NCBI RefSeq assembly: GCF_001194135.2
Contig: NC_068991.1
Span: 6,029,834-6,093,833, forward strand
DNA length: 64,000 nucleotides
DNA from: Octopus bimaculoides
Taxonomy: Eukaryota
Reading direction: 5' to 3'
A model generated the notes under the pieces. The model saw only the letters and a list, made by a program, of their open reading frames with translations, did not search any database and had not been told where the DNA came from. Positions within the stretch are counted from its first letter, which is position 1. Each line of letters starts with the position of its first letter. Made by a program: the position numbers and the translations under genes. Shown in pieces: positions 37,733 to 50,900 of the stretch.

Positions 37733-37953
37733 CCCTTTAGCATTCCGATTACTCTGTCAAATGTAACATATAACATTCGCAATGATTTGAATTAATCATG
37801 CATTATCTTGTAGCTTTGAGATTTCTATGGTGTGGTCGCTTATGTTTTGAATGATATTGTTAGATAGATGTGGGAGGCCATATCTGGTTGGTTTGAACAT
37901 AAAAACAAGTAGAAAAATTTGGGCTGGATATGTCTGGTTTAAATGCTAAAGGG
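37733..37953. mobile_element. piggyBac-type MITE
   Basis: TIRs CCCTTTAGCATT / AATGCTAAAGGG flanked by TTAA on both sides. Confidence 0.85.
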
Positions 37954-38149
37954 TTAAGCACTTGGGTTGTTAATGTCATTGGATAAGGCCAGAATGTCAG
38001 AATTATTTTATTGTTGAACTCTGTAGGACACTTCAACCATACTTAGGCATATAACAGGCTGAAATAAAAGCAAAAATACAGATATTTAGTGTTATATGAA
38101 TACGAGATAAATGTAAATAAAAAAGTATAGGATGTGTGTGTTTCATCAG

Positions 38150-39600
38150 TCACAACCATCATCCGTTTACGTCAGTTTTTCCATGCTCTCATGGGTTGAA
38201 TGAGTATTCTCTAATGCCTTGTTCCATTCTCGTCTTTTTCATGAAGTTTACTATCCTCAGATTGATCTTCATCACTTCCTATGTCTCCCTCTTCCGTAAA
38301 TGTCTTCTACTTGGGGCTACTTGGCACTTCTTTACTCAGCTATCATCCTCATCTGTGCCATACATCTATATTGACATAGTCTTTCTTGCACACTACAGCC
38401 AATTCCACTTCTATCCAGTTCTTCTCTTAGCGCATTTATGATCATTTACACTCAAATTTACATTTAAATTTCGAACCATTCAATTAACACTAAATTTAAA
38501 TTCTTCGTTAACACTAAAATTATGCCCTCAGTGGAAGATATTAACTTCATTCTTTCTAGCCCTTTGCACATCCTTTGCATTCAGTGCTTGTGTTTTGCTC
38601 CTGTGCTATATTGCACTTTGCATACAAATATCAAACAATCTGTTCTTCACCCAAAGAGAGAAGTCCCTAGTTTATAACTCCTTGAACCTTTCCCACGGTT
38701 CTTATTTCATTCTCATTCTAGCTACTCTGCCATCAGAACATTCACCTCCACTACTGATTATGTCACATATATTAGTAGAAGCTATCAATTACTTCTATGG
38801 AACCTTCTGGGTATTTGAAACAATTTATTTCAGAGGTCACTTTCTGCTAACTATTCACATGCATATACGACATAAGCCACACCTGCTTGTGATTTTATTC
38901 CACCTGTGCAGCTATTGTTTACATTCAGCACACAGTATGGAATCATTATCAATTCCATTTCAGCATATTGAGCTGGGCCACTTCCCAGATAGCAATTAGA
39001 GTCTTGTCATTTCGGTGAAGGGAAACTTTTGTCTTGTCTGCTAAGTTTAAAGTTTTTTGATTCTTCATTTTGTTTCCAGACTTGTCTCTTAATTTTTATG
39101 GCTTCATCATTCCATTACCATGTTGCCTTCCAGCTGATTAACACCTTGCTCCACCTATGACTTGCTGCAGGCTCAAACCCCTATTTCCTCTATTTCCTCT
39201 TCATCGCGTGCCACCTAGTACTTCTCTGAGTCTGTCTCACTCTTATTCTGAAGCTACTGATCCTGGTCTATGCCGTGTGTTCATTCTTTAATGAAAGAGG
39301 TTTAAGTGTTTACAATCACTTGTTTGTCTTATTTCCTGCTCAATATGAAGTTTATCTGACTCGTGCTCGCCAGATTAAGAGCTGACAAAGTGGCTGAAGT
39401 AAGTGGCAAAATTGTGCCACACAATTCCAGGAAGCTTACTTCATCTCCATTCTTTGTTACATATCCCTAAGCTTCATGTACATTAGAGTAGCAATCTTGA
39501 TGTTACCAACATGTCTGTTGAGGTCACCAGTTATAGTAACTAGATTCTCAAATAAATAGGGCTTCAATCGTGAGACATCCTTAGGCTACTGGTGAAGTGA
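38150..39600 (-). mobile_element. Decayed, internally deleted RTE-clade LINE
   Basis: Endonuclease motif VTITGDLNRHVG at ~39540-39505. Its 3' end at ~38155 has the same tail as the SINEs. Confidence 0.75.
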
Positions 39601-39904
39601 AGGATGAGCTTACGAAAATCCTGAAAAAGAAAAGAAAAAAAAAAGCTAAAAATCATAAAAATTATTTAAAAGTAACGATAAAATAAATTACTGTAAAGGA
39701 TTTTATATGTTTGACCATAACAATTGCAATGTAACAATGCACCAATGGCAGGTGTTGGTCACCGACTATTGTATTATAAAGAGTTTTGATTGCATTGCTT
39801 TATAAATAATAGCAACCAATGAGTCGTAAGTATTCATGAATGAATGCATTTAATACTTTGGGAGTAAAACACCAATCTAAGCTATTAGCACAATTTAACT
39901 TGAT

Positions 39905-40166
39905 AACCTTAGACAAATCACCTGCTGGAAATAACAGCCAAACCCCTATCATTTTATACCATGCCCAGATTATTGTCAAATGTAAAGCTTATTTATTGTT
40001 TTGAATTAATCCTGCATTATCTCCTAGTGTTGAGATTATGATGATGTGATTGCATATTTTTAGAATGACATAGTAGGGTAGGCGTGAGAGGCCAGATACG
40101 GCCAGTTTGAACATAAAACCAGGTAGAATATTTGGGCTAGATATGGCTGGTTTAAATGCTAAAGGG
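39905..40166. mobile_element. piggyBac-type MITE, left end degenerate
   Basis: Body matches 37733-37953; right end AATGCTAAAGGG-TTAA. Confidence 0.8.
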
Positions 40167-40319
40167 TTAAAAAATACTTATGGAATGGCACATTGGATGT
40201 TTAGTTCTAGATGACCTGTCTGCAAAAAAAAAAAAAAAAAAAAAAACCCTGTTCACAGAATGGTAATGATTATAAGGCTGCTCATTCAGGTTTGATCTGG
40301 GACTACACAACAATCATAA

Positions 40320-40521
40320 TCTGGCCATATCCAGCCCAAATATTCTACCTGTTTTATGTTCAAACTAGCCAGATCCAGCCTTTCACACCTACTCTACAAA
40401 GTCATTGTAAAAATAAACGATCACATTGAAATCTTGAAGCTACGAGATAATGCATGATTAATTCAAGACAGTTTTAATAAATAAGCTTTACATTTGACAA
40501 AGTAATCTGAATGCTAAAGGG
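40320..40521. mobile_element. piggyBac-type MITE in opposite orientation
   Basis: Reverse complement of the same MITE body; ends AATGCTAAAGGG-TTAA at 40521-40525. Confidence 0.8.
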
Positions 40522-40589
40522 TTAAATTAAATCTTTGTTGTATTTTATAAGATTTGTATGATCATTTTTTTCATAAACTTTAGATTAAA

Positions 40590-43050
40590 TCATCATCATC
40601 ATCGTTTAACGTCCGTTTTCCATGCTGGCATGGGTTGGACAGTTCGACACAAATTAGTGTGGTTGTCAGAAATTCATCTAAACTCTTTGTATCACATGAG
40701 TGCCAGAGGATTAGAGGGAGACACTTTGTAGTCTCTTTATCTAAGCTTTTCTTCTGCAAGGTTTTTTTCACTAGTTCAGCTATGAGGGCTCTGTATTTGG
40801 TATGCAGAAGTTCCCATGGATAGCTGTCTTAAACCCCTCTGATATGGGCTAGATGATTGTAATAATCAAGAAGAGACATTCCCTGCCTTTGTACTGTAAC
40901 CATGCTTTCAACTGCTACAATAACGACTGGCCTGTTTGTTGGGTCTATTTAGGGCAGGCTCTCTCTTTTCTATGCATCTTTTGTTTCAGCATTAGTGAAG
41001 GCAAGTACATCACAGTAGTTCCATACACATTTCTCTTGAACAAAGGCTTAATTCTTTCTGGTACACTGCTTTGCAACCCAGAGCATTTTATGCCTCTGAT
41101 CCGCATTGTAGAACCTGCAAACCTCTTACTTTTGGCTTCTCCTCTTGTTATGTCTACTTCGTCTTCTAGTAAACAGATACTGGTTTTTCTCTCATTTTTT
41201 TTTCTTCCAGTCTTTCCAACCTCTTAATTTTTATGGCTCTATTGATTCACACTGTTCCTCATGCCTAGCTTGAACCTTGCACCAGGCACAGACCTGGGCT
41301 GTTGCTCGAAACAGGTCTCTAAAAATTCCCTGTTGTCTTCCATCTCCTCTTTTTGCCAGTCATATACACCAGCCAATCAAAAAGTACTTCCGCTTCTATA
41401 GTTTCCTTCACCAGATTGTCTGTCTTGCTCTTTTTGTATCTTGAGGGTTGCTGATCACCAGTCAATATTGTGTGACTCATTATTCTCCAAGGCAAGCCAT
41501 AGTATTCACAGCCAGTTGCATATCTTGTTTCCTGATGAATATGTGGTCTATTTTGGTTTGCATGTTTGCCTTAGTTGCAGACAATCAAATGGTCGGTCAC
41601 GTTCTTGAAGTTAGTGTTGCAAATAGTTAGGTCATTTGCATCACAGCAAATGGAGCTTTTATTCTTCTCTGTCCCTTACCATATCCATAGCCTGCATGTA
41701 CATAGAAGAAGCATGTTTAATAAGGACAACAGTCATGATAACAAAGTTGCTTTCATTTGTCAGTGAAATAGTCTGCAAGTGGGCCTTATAAAAAACCGTC
41801 CATTCATTCACCTGTCACCCTTCATTGTAGTTCACACGCAGAGACGTCACCCTCATGTTGTTTGTGACAAAGCTTAATTATTCTATCGCACACACTGATA
41901 AACCTCAGCCACCTTATCTGTCAATAATTTGCCTACTCCCACTCACTCCTCGTTGGTACCCACCCAAGAGAATATGCAACTCTGTTCCTTGTCGTGAAGA
42001 GTCTAGTTCAGCTTTGGCTTCATCTTGCTTGTTGTACAGATCATAATTGGCTCTGCTCCAGCCCCTCTATAATCTCTTATACATATAAACTTTTGTTGTG
42101 CTTATGTAAACAGTGACAGTGAAAGAGGTGAGGACTTTCTCTTGGAAGGTGAATAAATGATTTGATGTTTGTCTTCTGCGTCTCGAAAATAGAGAGTGTG
42201 TGTGTGGTTGTTTTGTTGGTGGCCAGTGGGTTCTCGTATGACCAGTTGTTTTCATGTACTAAATTATTTGTACAGCCGATCACTGATTACCTTTGGATCT
42301 GGAGAAGTGGGGGCATGCACATAAACACATGCACACACTGCAGTAGTAGTAGTAGTAGTAGTAGTGTGTTAAGAGGGGTGTTTACTGAATACCACACGTG
42401 GTAGCAATTGGAGATCAGGACTATATTCTTGATACTAGTAGCTAAGGGGATGCATCATGTATGATTCACGATACACTTTTATGGGATTGGAGGTGTGTAT
42501 GGGGGGGACAGGTTGCTGAGAAAGAAACATTTCCCCCCACCTCTTGGCAGTATGTAGATGTAAAATCTGCTTTCTCTTGATGGAATCTTTTTGCAAAACA
42601 CCAGACACAATGAAAGTATATAAAATCAACAAATATAATTTGTTTGTTTATGTAAAAAAAAAAAAAAAAAATCAATCTCCCTGTTCATTGAGGGGTTTCT
42701 GTCTTTTGAAGGTAGTGGCCTATAGAGCCACTCCTTAACTCGCTTTATGGTATCTTGAGAAACTACATAAGACTCGCAACCATTGGTTTCAACGGCTGCT
42801 TCATTCAGCATATGCATTCCTTCAGGTCCAAAGGACAAGGAAAACTCCATTTCCTTATCCTGTCTTAGCTGGAGGATTCAGGATGAAGGAAATGAGCTGG
42901 AACATTATTATCAAGGCTCTTCCTTTTAAAAACGAGCCTTATACATGAGCGAAAAATGACAATCAGCCGTATTTAGAAGGCACCACTGTCTTACCCATTC
43001 AGTATCGTTGCATCTCAATGGTCAAACATGTTTTTGCATTTGTGAAACTT
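40590..43050 (-). mobile_element. Decayed RTE-like LINE, possibly several nested fragments
   Basis: RTE-type tail at 40590-40640. Degenerate ORF-like similarity at 41000-41450 and 42000-42290; boundaries approximate. Confidence 0.5.
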
Positions 43051-43559
43051 TTAGCAATGCAGATCTGTCAGGTTCTTAGTAACAAATATTCCACCTTTAT
43101 GACAGTATTTTCTGTATACTTTTATCTTTTGTTTGTATGCTTAACCTGTGTGTGTATGTGTGTGTTATTCTTGTAGGCGTATATATATATGTTTAAGCAT
43201 ATGTGGTGTATTTATGTTGTCTACCAATCTAGATTCATAGATTCAAAACACAGCATACACTGTAGGGAATGTCCTTCATCTTTCGGCTTACCGTTACAGT
43301 GACTACCAATAGCACCATATTCTTTGATGTTGCTGAGTAATAATGCCACACATTGCGCACGCTTTTCTCTTCCTTCTTATCAGTGAAACCAAGGGAGCTA
43401 AAATCACTCTAACTGTACATTGACTATACCATTTGCTAACGGTGGTTTGCCTTCACTTTTTTTCACATACCTCCACCCTACCTATGGCACACACAAGCTC
43501 ATGTGCTATTCTCTCAACCAAAATTCCTGCTATGAATGCATCCATATAAGCTTCATTCT

Positions 43560-43772
43560 TTAACTCTAGCATTCAGATTATTCTATCAAATGTGATGCTC
43601 ATTTATTCAAATTATTTTCAAGTAATCACACATTATCCAAGTAGCCTTGAGATTTTAATGATGTGATTGTTTATTTTTAAAATGACATTGTAGGCTAAGT
43701 GTAAGTGGCCAGTTTGTGCATAAAACAGGGAGAATATTTGGGTCAGATATGGCTGGTTTGAATACTAAAAGG
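43560..43772. mobile_element. piggyBac-type MITE, diverged
   Basis: Same body, degenerate TIRs. Confidence 0.75.
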
Positions 43773-44399
43773 TTAAATCTATGCGATAAAATTTTTTTTC
43801 TTTTACATGTTTCATCCCCAAGGCTGTGGCCATGTTAGGACACCATATAATTTTTGTTTGGAAAAGTTTTTGATCTTGGTAGAATTATTTAGGATATGTA
43901 TATTTGAATAATTCTTGTAAGGTTCTAAATGTTGGTAAGGATTAGCATGTTACTTCTGAAGATAGTTTTGTTTATCGCTGGCATTTCATATTGTATACTT
44001 GCTGAAAGATACGGGATGTGGTCATTTGTCATTATCTTATATTCTAAAATGGTTCAAAGCTTGTAGGTTATGGAATTAAGCTGATAATGGCATTTGTAAT
44101 ATAGTATGCACGAGCACTGCTATAAAAACTAGTGGCAGCTTAAAAAGCTTAAATGATGTTGCACAGCATCTGATAAAAGCTTGTTAATATTAGTTGGGAA
44201 TATCATATGAAAATAAAGAATGTTTTAGAAATCTTGTTGGATGCAACTTTTCATTTGTTATGGAGAGAATTAGGGGAAAGTGGATTATAGAAGTGAAGTA
44301 TACAGTTTAAGAACATAAATTGCTGATCCGTGTTGAAAAATCAAACGTTCTGTATCTGGTTTGAAATCATGCTGCATAGCTTTTTCCTAATTATATGGT

Positions 44400-44776
44400 G
44401 CAGGAATAGCTGTGTAGTTTAAAAGTTTCCTCTCCAACCTCACGGTTTAGGGTTCAGTCCCACTGCATGGCACCTTGAGCAAGTGTCTTCTACTATAGCC
44501 TTGGGCCGACCATGATCTTTTGAGTGGACTCAGTAGATGGAATTTGAAAGTAGCCTATCGTGTGTGTGTTTTTATGTCTCCTTGTCTTTGCATCACAATG
44601 GTTGTAAGCGAGTGTCACCATCATACAAGCAGTGTCTTTCATTTCCATTCTTTTGTGCAAACATGTCTGGCTGTGAGGAACAGTAAGGGCATCTGGTTGT
44701 AGAAAATCTGCCTCAGTGAATTCCATCTGACCCATGCAGGCATGGAAAAGTGGGCATTAAAATAATGATAACGATG
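44400..44776 (+). mobile_element. Near full-length tRNA-derived SINE with RTE-like tail
   Basis: tRNA-like head with GGTTCAGTCCC B-box, core, and tail GGGCATTAAAATAATGAT. Another copy follows at ~44930-45340. Confidence 0.8.
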
Positions 44777-46391
44777 TCCTTTCTATGCTAACAGAATCTT
44801 TTAACAAACTTAGTTAAATGAATGTTTGAAATGAGCTTGAGAGGATAATTTTAATTCAAATGCAATCATGTTAAATTTCTAAGAATTGAGTCAACTTCAT
44901 AAATTCATGTTTAAACCAAATCTGATGCCCAACATGGTTGTGTGGTTAAGAAGTTTGCTTCATAACCACATAGTTGTAGGTTCCGTCACAGAGCACAGCA
45001 CCTTGGGCAAATGAGTTCTACCGTAACCTTGAGCTGACCAATGCCTTGTGAGTGAAATTTGATTGGCAGAAACTATATGGAAGTCCATCATGTGAGTGTG
45101 TGTGAATGTTTCTGCACATCTTCACATTGTTATCGTGTGAGCAAAAATGGTGATGGTGTTTATATCTGATAAATAACACATCCCATAGCTTGGCAACGTT
45201 GTAGCCTGCACAGACCAGTGGAGCAAAATTATCTTGAAAAAGAAGTAAAGGTTGGAAACAAGAAGGATGTTTTGTTCTATAGAACTCTCTCTCAGGAACC
45301 CCTGTCCAATTCCTGTAAAAAGTGGGCATAAAAATGCTGTTGCTGATATTAATAATGTCATTTGATGGGTTATGATATTTTTAATATAAACCATAAAATG
45401 AAAGGGTTTTTATTTTTGCTCTTTATTTCTTCATACTCATGTTTGAGTGTTATGCTTTAATCAACTTTAACTGTGGAATGATATCAAAACCATAATCAAC
45501 AAAATATATCGAAACATTATTATGAATTTATGCGTCAAAACAGAAATGAGAAAATTTATAAAATTGGAATTTCCATGGTCTTGCTAATTGAAAATAAGAT
45601 AGCAGTACATAGCATCTGAATATATTGTAATTTAACCGAATAAAAAAATTAATCATACACATGTTTAATGCAATGTATAAGTTAATAAATAATTTCACTA
45701 ATTGCTAAAATATATCTCCTAAAATACACACAAATCATAATAAAACTCAATATAAATGGCTTTTAAAATATATGTTGTTAGATTTCATATTATATTATTT
45801 CCTCTATGTTGTTTAGAATTTAATATCACATAATCATTAAAAAATTTTTATATTGTAGGAAAATAATTCTTAAAATTCTGAAGTGAAAATAAAGTTAATT
45901 AGGAAGAACTATTTTGTCAAATGCAAATCTTAAACAGATTTAGGTGTATATGTATTATGTTTAGTATTGAAAAAAAAAAAGAATTTAATGCCCATTTGAT
46001 ATAAAATAGTCTTTAAGGTTTTCAGTAAGTTCCTTTCACCGCTTTTATTTATTTATTTTTTTTTGCTTGCTTCATTAAAAAAAATTTTTACTTTTTAAAT
46101 TTAGCTTTTAAAAAACTGTGCTTCTGAAATATTAATAACTATAAAAACATTGGGAGTAAACGAAAGTCAAGATGTCATTTATGTAGTAAGAGTTTGCTCT
46201 TTATGACAAGTTGCTTGTGTTAATTGAAGCTTTAAAACAAATATCATTTCATTCCCAAAGCAATTTTGTTATGCATTTTATTTAAGAATAAACCATAAGA
46301 GTGAGTGGGTGGATGGGCGAATAGGTTGTGCTTTTCAGTAGCAATTAATAACTGAAAACTTACAAACTGCGTTAAAATCGTGATTTTCCAG

Positions 46392-46448
46392 CTGTTTCCT
46401 GCCTTAACCGTTATGACTTGCCGCTACTGGATCAAGGACTTGGAACAG
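46392..46448 (+). CDS. 57-nt symmetric (phase 1-1) exon encoding AVSCLNRYDLPLLDQGLGT, a paralog of the end of the first coding exon
   Basis: TTTTCCAG| acceptor, ACAG|GTAAAT donor, open in the required frame. 12 of 14 residues identical to NRYELPLLDQGIGT, with mainly synonymous nucleotide changes. Confidence 0.8.
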
Positions 46449-46916
46449 GTAAATAATCCTCCTTACTGCCAGTTACACTGTGCTCACTTAGTTTTTCCCC
46501 TTCCCCACATTGTCCCGTGCCTGAGAACTTGCAATTAAGTGACAACATTTCTCTCACAATCTTTGCAATCAAAATTAATTTCAACATTGGTTGTTATTTG
46601 GTGAGAGCAGCAGTTTCTCTGGTTGTAGCTCTATGTTAATTTCATCTTGTTTTTTTTTCCAATTGTGGATGCTTTTTAAGGGTTAATTTTTTTTTTTACC
46701 CCTGCTAGTAATGCAATTTTCTTTTCATATCATTACCCTTTTCTATTTTTCTGTTTTTATATCTTATTTGGTAGTTACAATTCCTCCATGTTCTAATTGT
46801 TTTTGTGCCTGTATTATTATTTTTTCCCTGAAAATATTTCTCAGCTGTTTTTATAAGTTTTTGTTCATTGCTCTGCTTGCAAATTAGTTGTTGCTGATTG
46901 CTGCTTAGTTTTGTTG

Positions 46917-46961
<45 letters not shown>

Positions 46962-47706
46962 TTTGGTTTAGTTAAAGAATGTCTTCTCAGTTATTTGTCA
47001 CAGGTCTAACACTAATCACAGAATTAATTTAAACAGAACATTTTTATAATTGCACTCCAAAGTACAATTATAATACATTCCTTTCTGGTGAATTATTCAG
47101 TATAAATTTATTATGCATTTATGATGAAATTCTTAGGGTGTTATTGCTTACAAACATAGAGAATACATGGTATTAAATGCATTTACTGAAACGTTGCTTG
47201 CTATAAAAACTTGGTGAAAGCTTGTTAAAAAGGGAATAGCTTTTATTATCTTTGAGAAATCTTTCTAAACTTTAATTTGTGTTTTGGATGAAGATTATGA
47301 GTAAATTGTTGAAGTAACTGACTCAGTAAAGCAATCAAGCTACCTCGTTAGGGAAACAAACTTTGACAACATTTCAATCAAGAAGCCATAATAAAAGCAA
47401 GCGCTTTCAAATGTGTTTATTTGTAAAATCCATGTTGCTATGGAGAGTATGTTAGCATATTATATTTATGAAGAAATGAAGATCGAAGATTGATATATAT
47501 CACAAAGAAGAAAAAAATACAAAACAAAAATAAAACCCTGTACACATATATAATATTGATTATATAGATTAGCAAACTGACATGAGCGTGATCTAATTCT
47601 AATTTACTGAGGTTGATGAGGTGCTTGACTGTAACTAACTCACAGCTCGTTAATGTGATCCGTCACAGCATCTAGTGTCATTAGGTTAAGCAAAAACTGT
47701 AATTAA

Positions 47707-47923
47707 CCCTTTAGCATTCAGATTATTCGGTCAAATGTAATACTTATTTATTCACATTGTTTTGAATTAATCATGTATTACCTTGTAGCTTTCAGATTTC
47801 AATGATGTGATTGTATATTTTTAGAATGACGTTGTAGGGTAGATGTGAGCAGCTAGATCTGGCTGGTTTGAAAATTTAGGTAGAATATTTAGTCTGGATA
47901 TGGTTGGTTTAAATGCTAAAGGG
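47707..47923. mobile_element. piggyBac-type MITE
   Basis: TTAA-CCCTTTAGCATT ... AATGCTAAAGGG-TTAA. Confidence 0.88.
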
Positions 47924-50900
47924 TTAAATTTACTATCCTATGTTCATCAGTTGATTTGTATAGCTACTTTATTGAAAGAATAAGTAACCGTTTCTTTAAA
48001 TAACAGAGTGTGGTATACTTCTTTGGTACATCATCTTTGATACCATTTCAAAACGAGAAGGGATCTTTTCCAGGAAAGATTCATTCTACAAGTTGAATTT
48101 GGTAGTTGATATCAGTATTCTATAGATATAATGTGATAATGTTATTGACGTCCGACAGTGAGTTGCATGTATTCCAATGTTATTTATTAAACTTATCAGT
48201 CTTGGTGAAGAAATTGAATGAGATGCTAAGAAAATTTATACTTTTTATACTAAATAAATCTCTTCTTTGTGCACATTTTGTGATTATGTTGGTGGTGTTT
48301 AGATTATCTAATCTGTATGTAAAAGATATCTTTTCAAATTATTACTCTGAAGGGGGGATGAAAAGCAATGTAACCCCTGTGTGGATTTGAAATAAAAATA
48401 CTGAACTACAGAATACCAGTGACTGGAGTATGAAGCCCTGTTACTTGCAGCAATACCACTACCATTTAGAAAAACTGGTGGTGGGGGCTTTTAAAGAAGA
48501 AAATGAAATTTAATCATTTGTACATACTTTTGCAGAACTGCAGTAAATTATTGGCAAACGGGGAAAAAATAGTTCAGTTTTCAATGATACCACTTTACTT
48601 TCTAAGAAATGTTTTATTTTTGCATTTTAATAGCTGTATATAATATATACTAATAAATAACTAGTAACATTATAAAGAAATTTCATTCATTAGTTATTTT
48701 GGTTTCTTGACATAGTATCATAAAATCCATTTATCGTTTGTTGTAACTGTTTAAGAACATAGTAGCTATTATTACTATTCAGTGAAGAATCAAAATGTTT
48801 GCAATCATGTCTCAAACCTTGTTTTTGTTGTTGTTGTTGTTGTTGTTATCATATCATCTATACTGTAATCATCATTATGTCCTGTTCTGTTTTTAACTAT
48901 CATTTTCATTTTGTATAGCCATTTTCATCTTGCATAGCCATTGAATTGGCACATCAGATTTAGTATCTCTGAATTATTGTATAGAGCCCCTGTGTACCTT
49001 TAGGAGTGAGTGTTTGCGATCTTTCTGTTTCTCACTTAATAATGTGCAATTTGGCAGGTTCTCTTTATGTGCCCTCAGAAATTAAGTATAAAAAATATTG
49101 ATTTTAACAAGAAACACATTTTGTTAGTGAGAAGCTTGGACAAATTCCTTTAGTTTTCCTCCTTTTCACTCCTCATAAGATATTCTTCAAATATGTCAGT
49201 CTTAAATTATGAAATTGTTGTGTCTGTTCATTTGGCAACAAGCTCATTATTATAAGGGGAATACGTTAGCAACTGCACAACAAAGATAATGTTAAGGTTT
49301 GGTCTGAGACCTGAAAATGTTGACCCACAAACCCATTTTGATGGAAATCGAAGCATTGCTTGAATAAAACATTCAACAATTTGTATGCGATCTTGGGAAT
49401 ACGTGTACTTCCAGTTGAGAATTTCAAGTCAAGTACATATTCGTCTGAATGAAGACCATCCTTCTATTTTAACGCATTACAAATGCTTGTCAGTGTATTG
49501 GTTAGAAATTGTCTAATAAATATTTTGTAAATGTGTTGCTATTGATAAACTCTCTTCCTTTGCTGCCAAGACCTAATCTTGTATTCTAGCACCTTTCTTC
49601 TCTTGAACTCTAAATTGGGGGACTAAACGTATACTAAATCCCTCTCCAATGTGAACACGTTGGCATAATTCTCATCTGTATTTTAATCTTAAGTCACTGC
49701 TATGATTCTTATATTTGTAATTCAGACAATCTATTGAATAATATAAGGCTAGATACCATCAATTCTTTTCGTTTATCTGTGTTGCTAGATAAGCACGGAT
49801 GGCACAACGTGAAGCAAACACCAGACAACAGCTGTTGTCCGTCACTTGACCAGAATAAGAAAAACTTAATTATTTCAGTCAATTATTGAACATTGTTCTA
49901 TGTTGGATGTGAATGAAGGAATATGGCCGGGGAAAACCCTCAAGGAAGGCTCTTGAAATCTTTTGCTACATGTTTTTAGTTACAGTATCACAGACAGGGA
50001 ATATTAAACTTAACAACAGATGGAGAAACTCATATCTGTTTTAAAAACTGCCCAAGCATGGTCTAAATTTTTTGACTTATAACGTGGCTAGCTCCCAACT
50101 TTGTGTATATCATCAAGCTCTTTATTGGACTGTTAGAAATTAATTTAACAGGAAAGATGCATGATCAGCTGAAAAGGTGTAGGGAAAATAACAAAACAAA
50201 AAAAAACAAAAAACCAAACCTTATGTTGTTATATTTCCAATGTAAAGAAAGCTTTTATCTGATTTTGAATTGAGTAATATGTAAAATGCATGTTATTTAA
50301 TGGTTTATATTTTAATGTTATTGATTTCCTTTATAAAAACAAATATAAGTATTTGAAGCATGGAAATATACTTTATCCTGACAACCAGGATTTGAAGTTG
50401 ATATAAATTATCCTAGCAGAATGCAGAATTTTCTGACACTAGGAAAATCACAATCAGTTTTTAGTTGCCAAATTAGATTAAAAATGTAAGTTTTCCTGGA
50501 GCCTTACACATGAGAAATTAGGCTAACTTTTAGCTAAATCATGATATATTGTTGCTACAAGCATATTGATGTTGCAGGCTTCTTTTTGAAGAGTTATTGT
50601 ATGATTAAAATAATCTCCACTAAGAGAGTTTAGTAACTTTTGTTTTATGAGTCTTGTTTTGTTTAATTTTTGCCTTTAAAAAAAAAATGGAGTCTTTCTG
50701 ACCCCCACCCGCCCTCTCTCTCTTTTCCTCTCTCAAACACACACATTCTCTTTCTCACACACACTCTCCCCACTCCCTAAACACCCTGGATGTTTTCACA
50801 CACAAATATCATGACCATACAATTTTCATTGTACCTACTGAACATACTGCTTCTGTCATGTACCCAGTCTTTTGTGGTTTCCTAGCAAGTTGTAGAAACA

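Noticed and set aside
39740-39830. Two CCAAT boxes with TATAAA as an internal promoter
   Set aside because: Short motifs in AT-rich DNA, with no associated donor or CpG enrichment
49824-49839. Perfect 16-bp palindrome GACAACAGCTGTTGTC containing an E-box
   Set aside because: About one palindrome of this length is expected by chance in 64 kb
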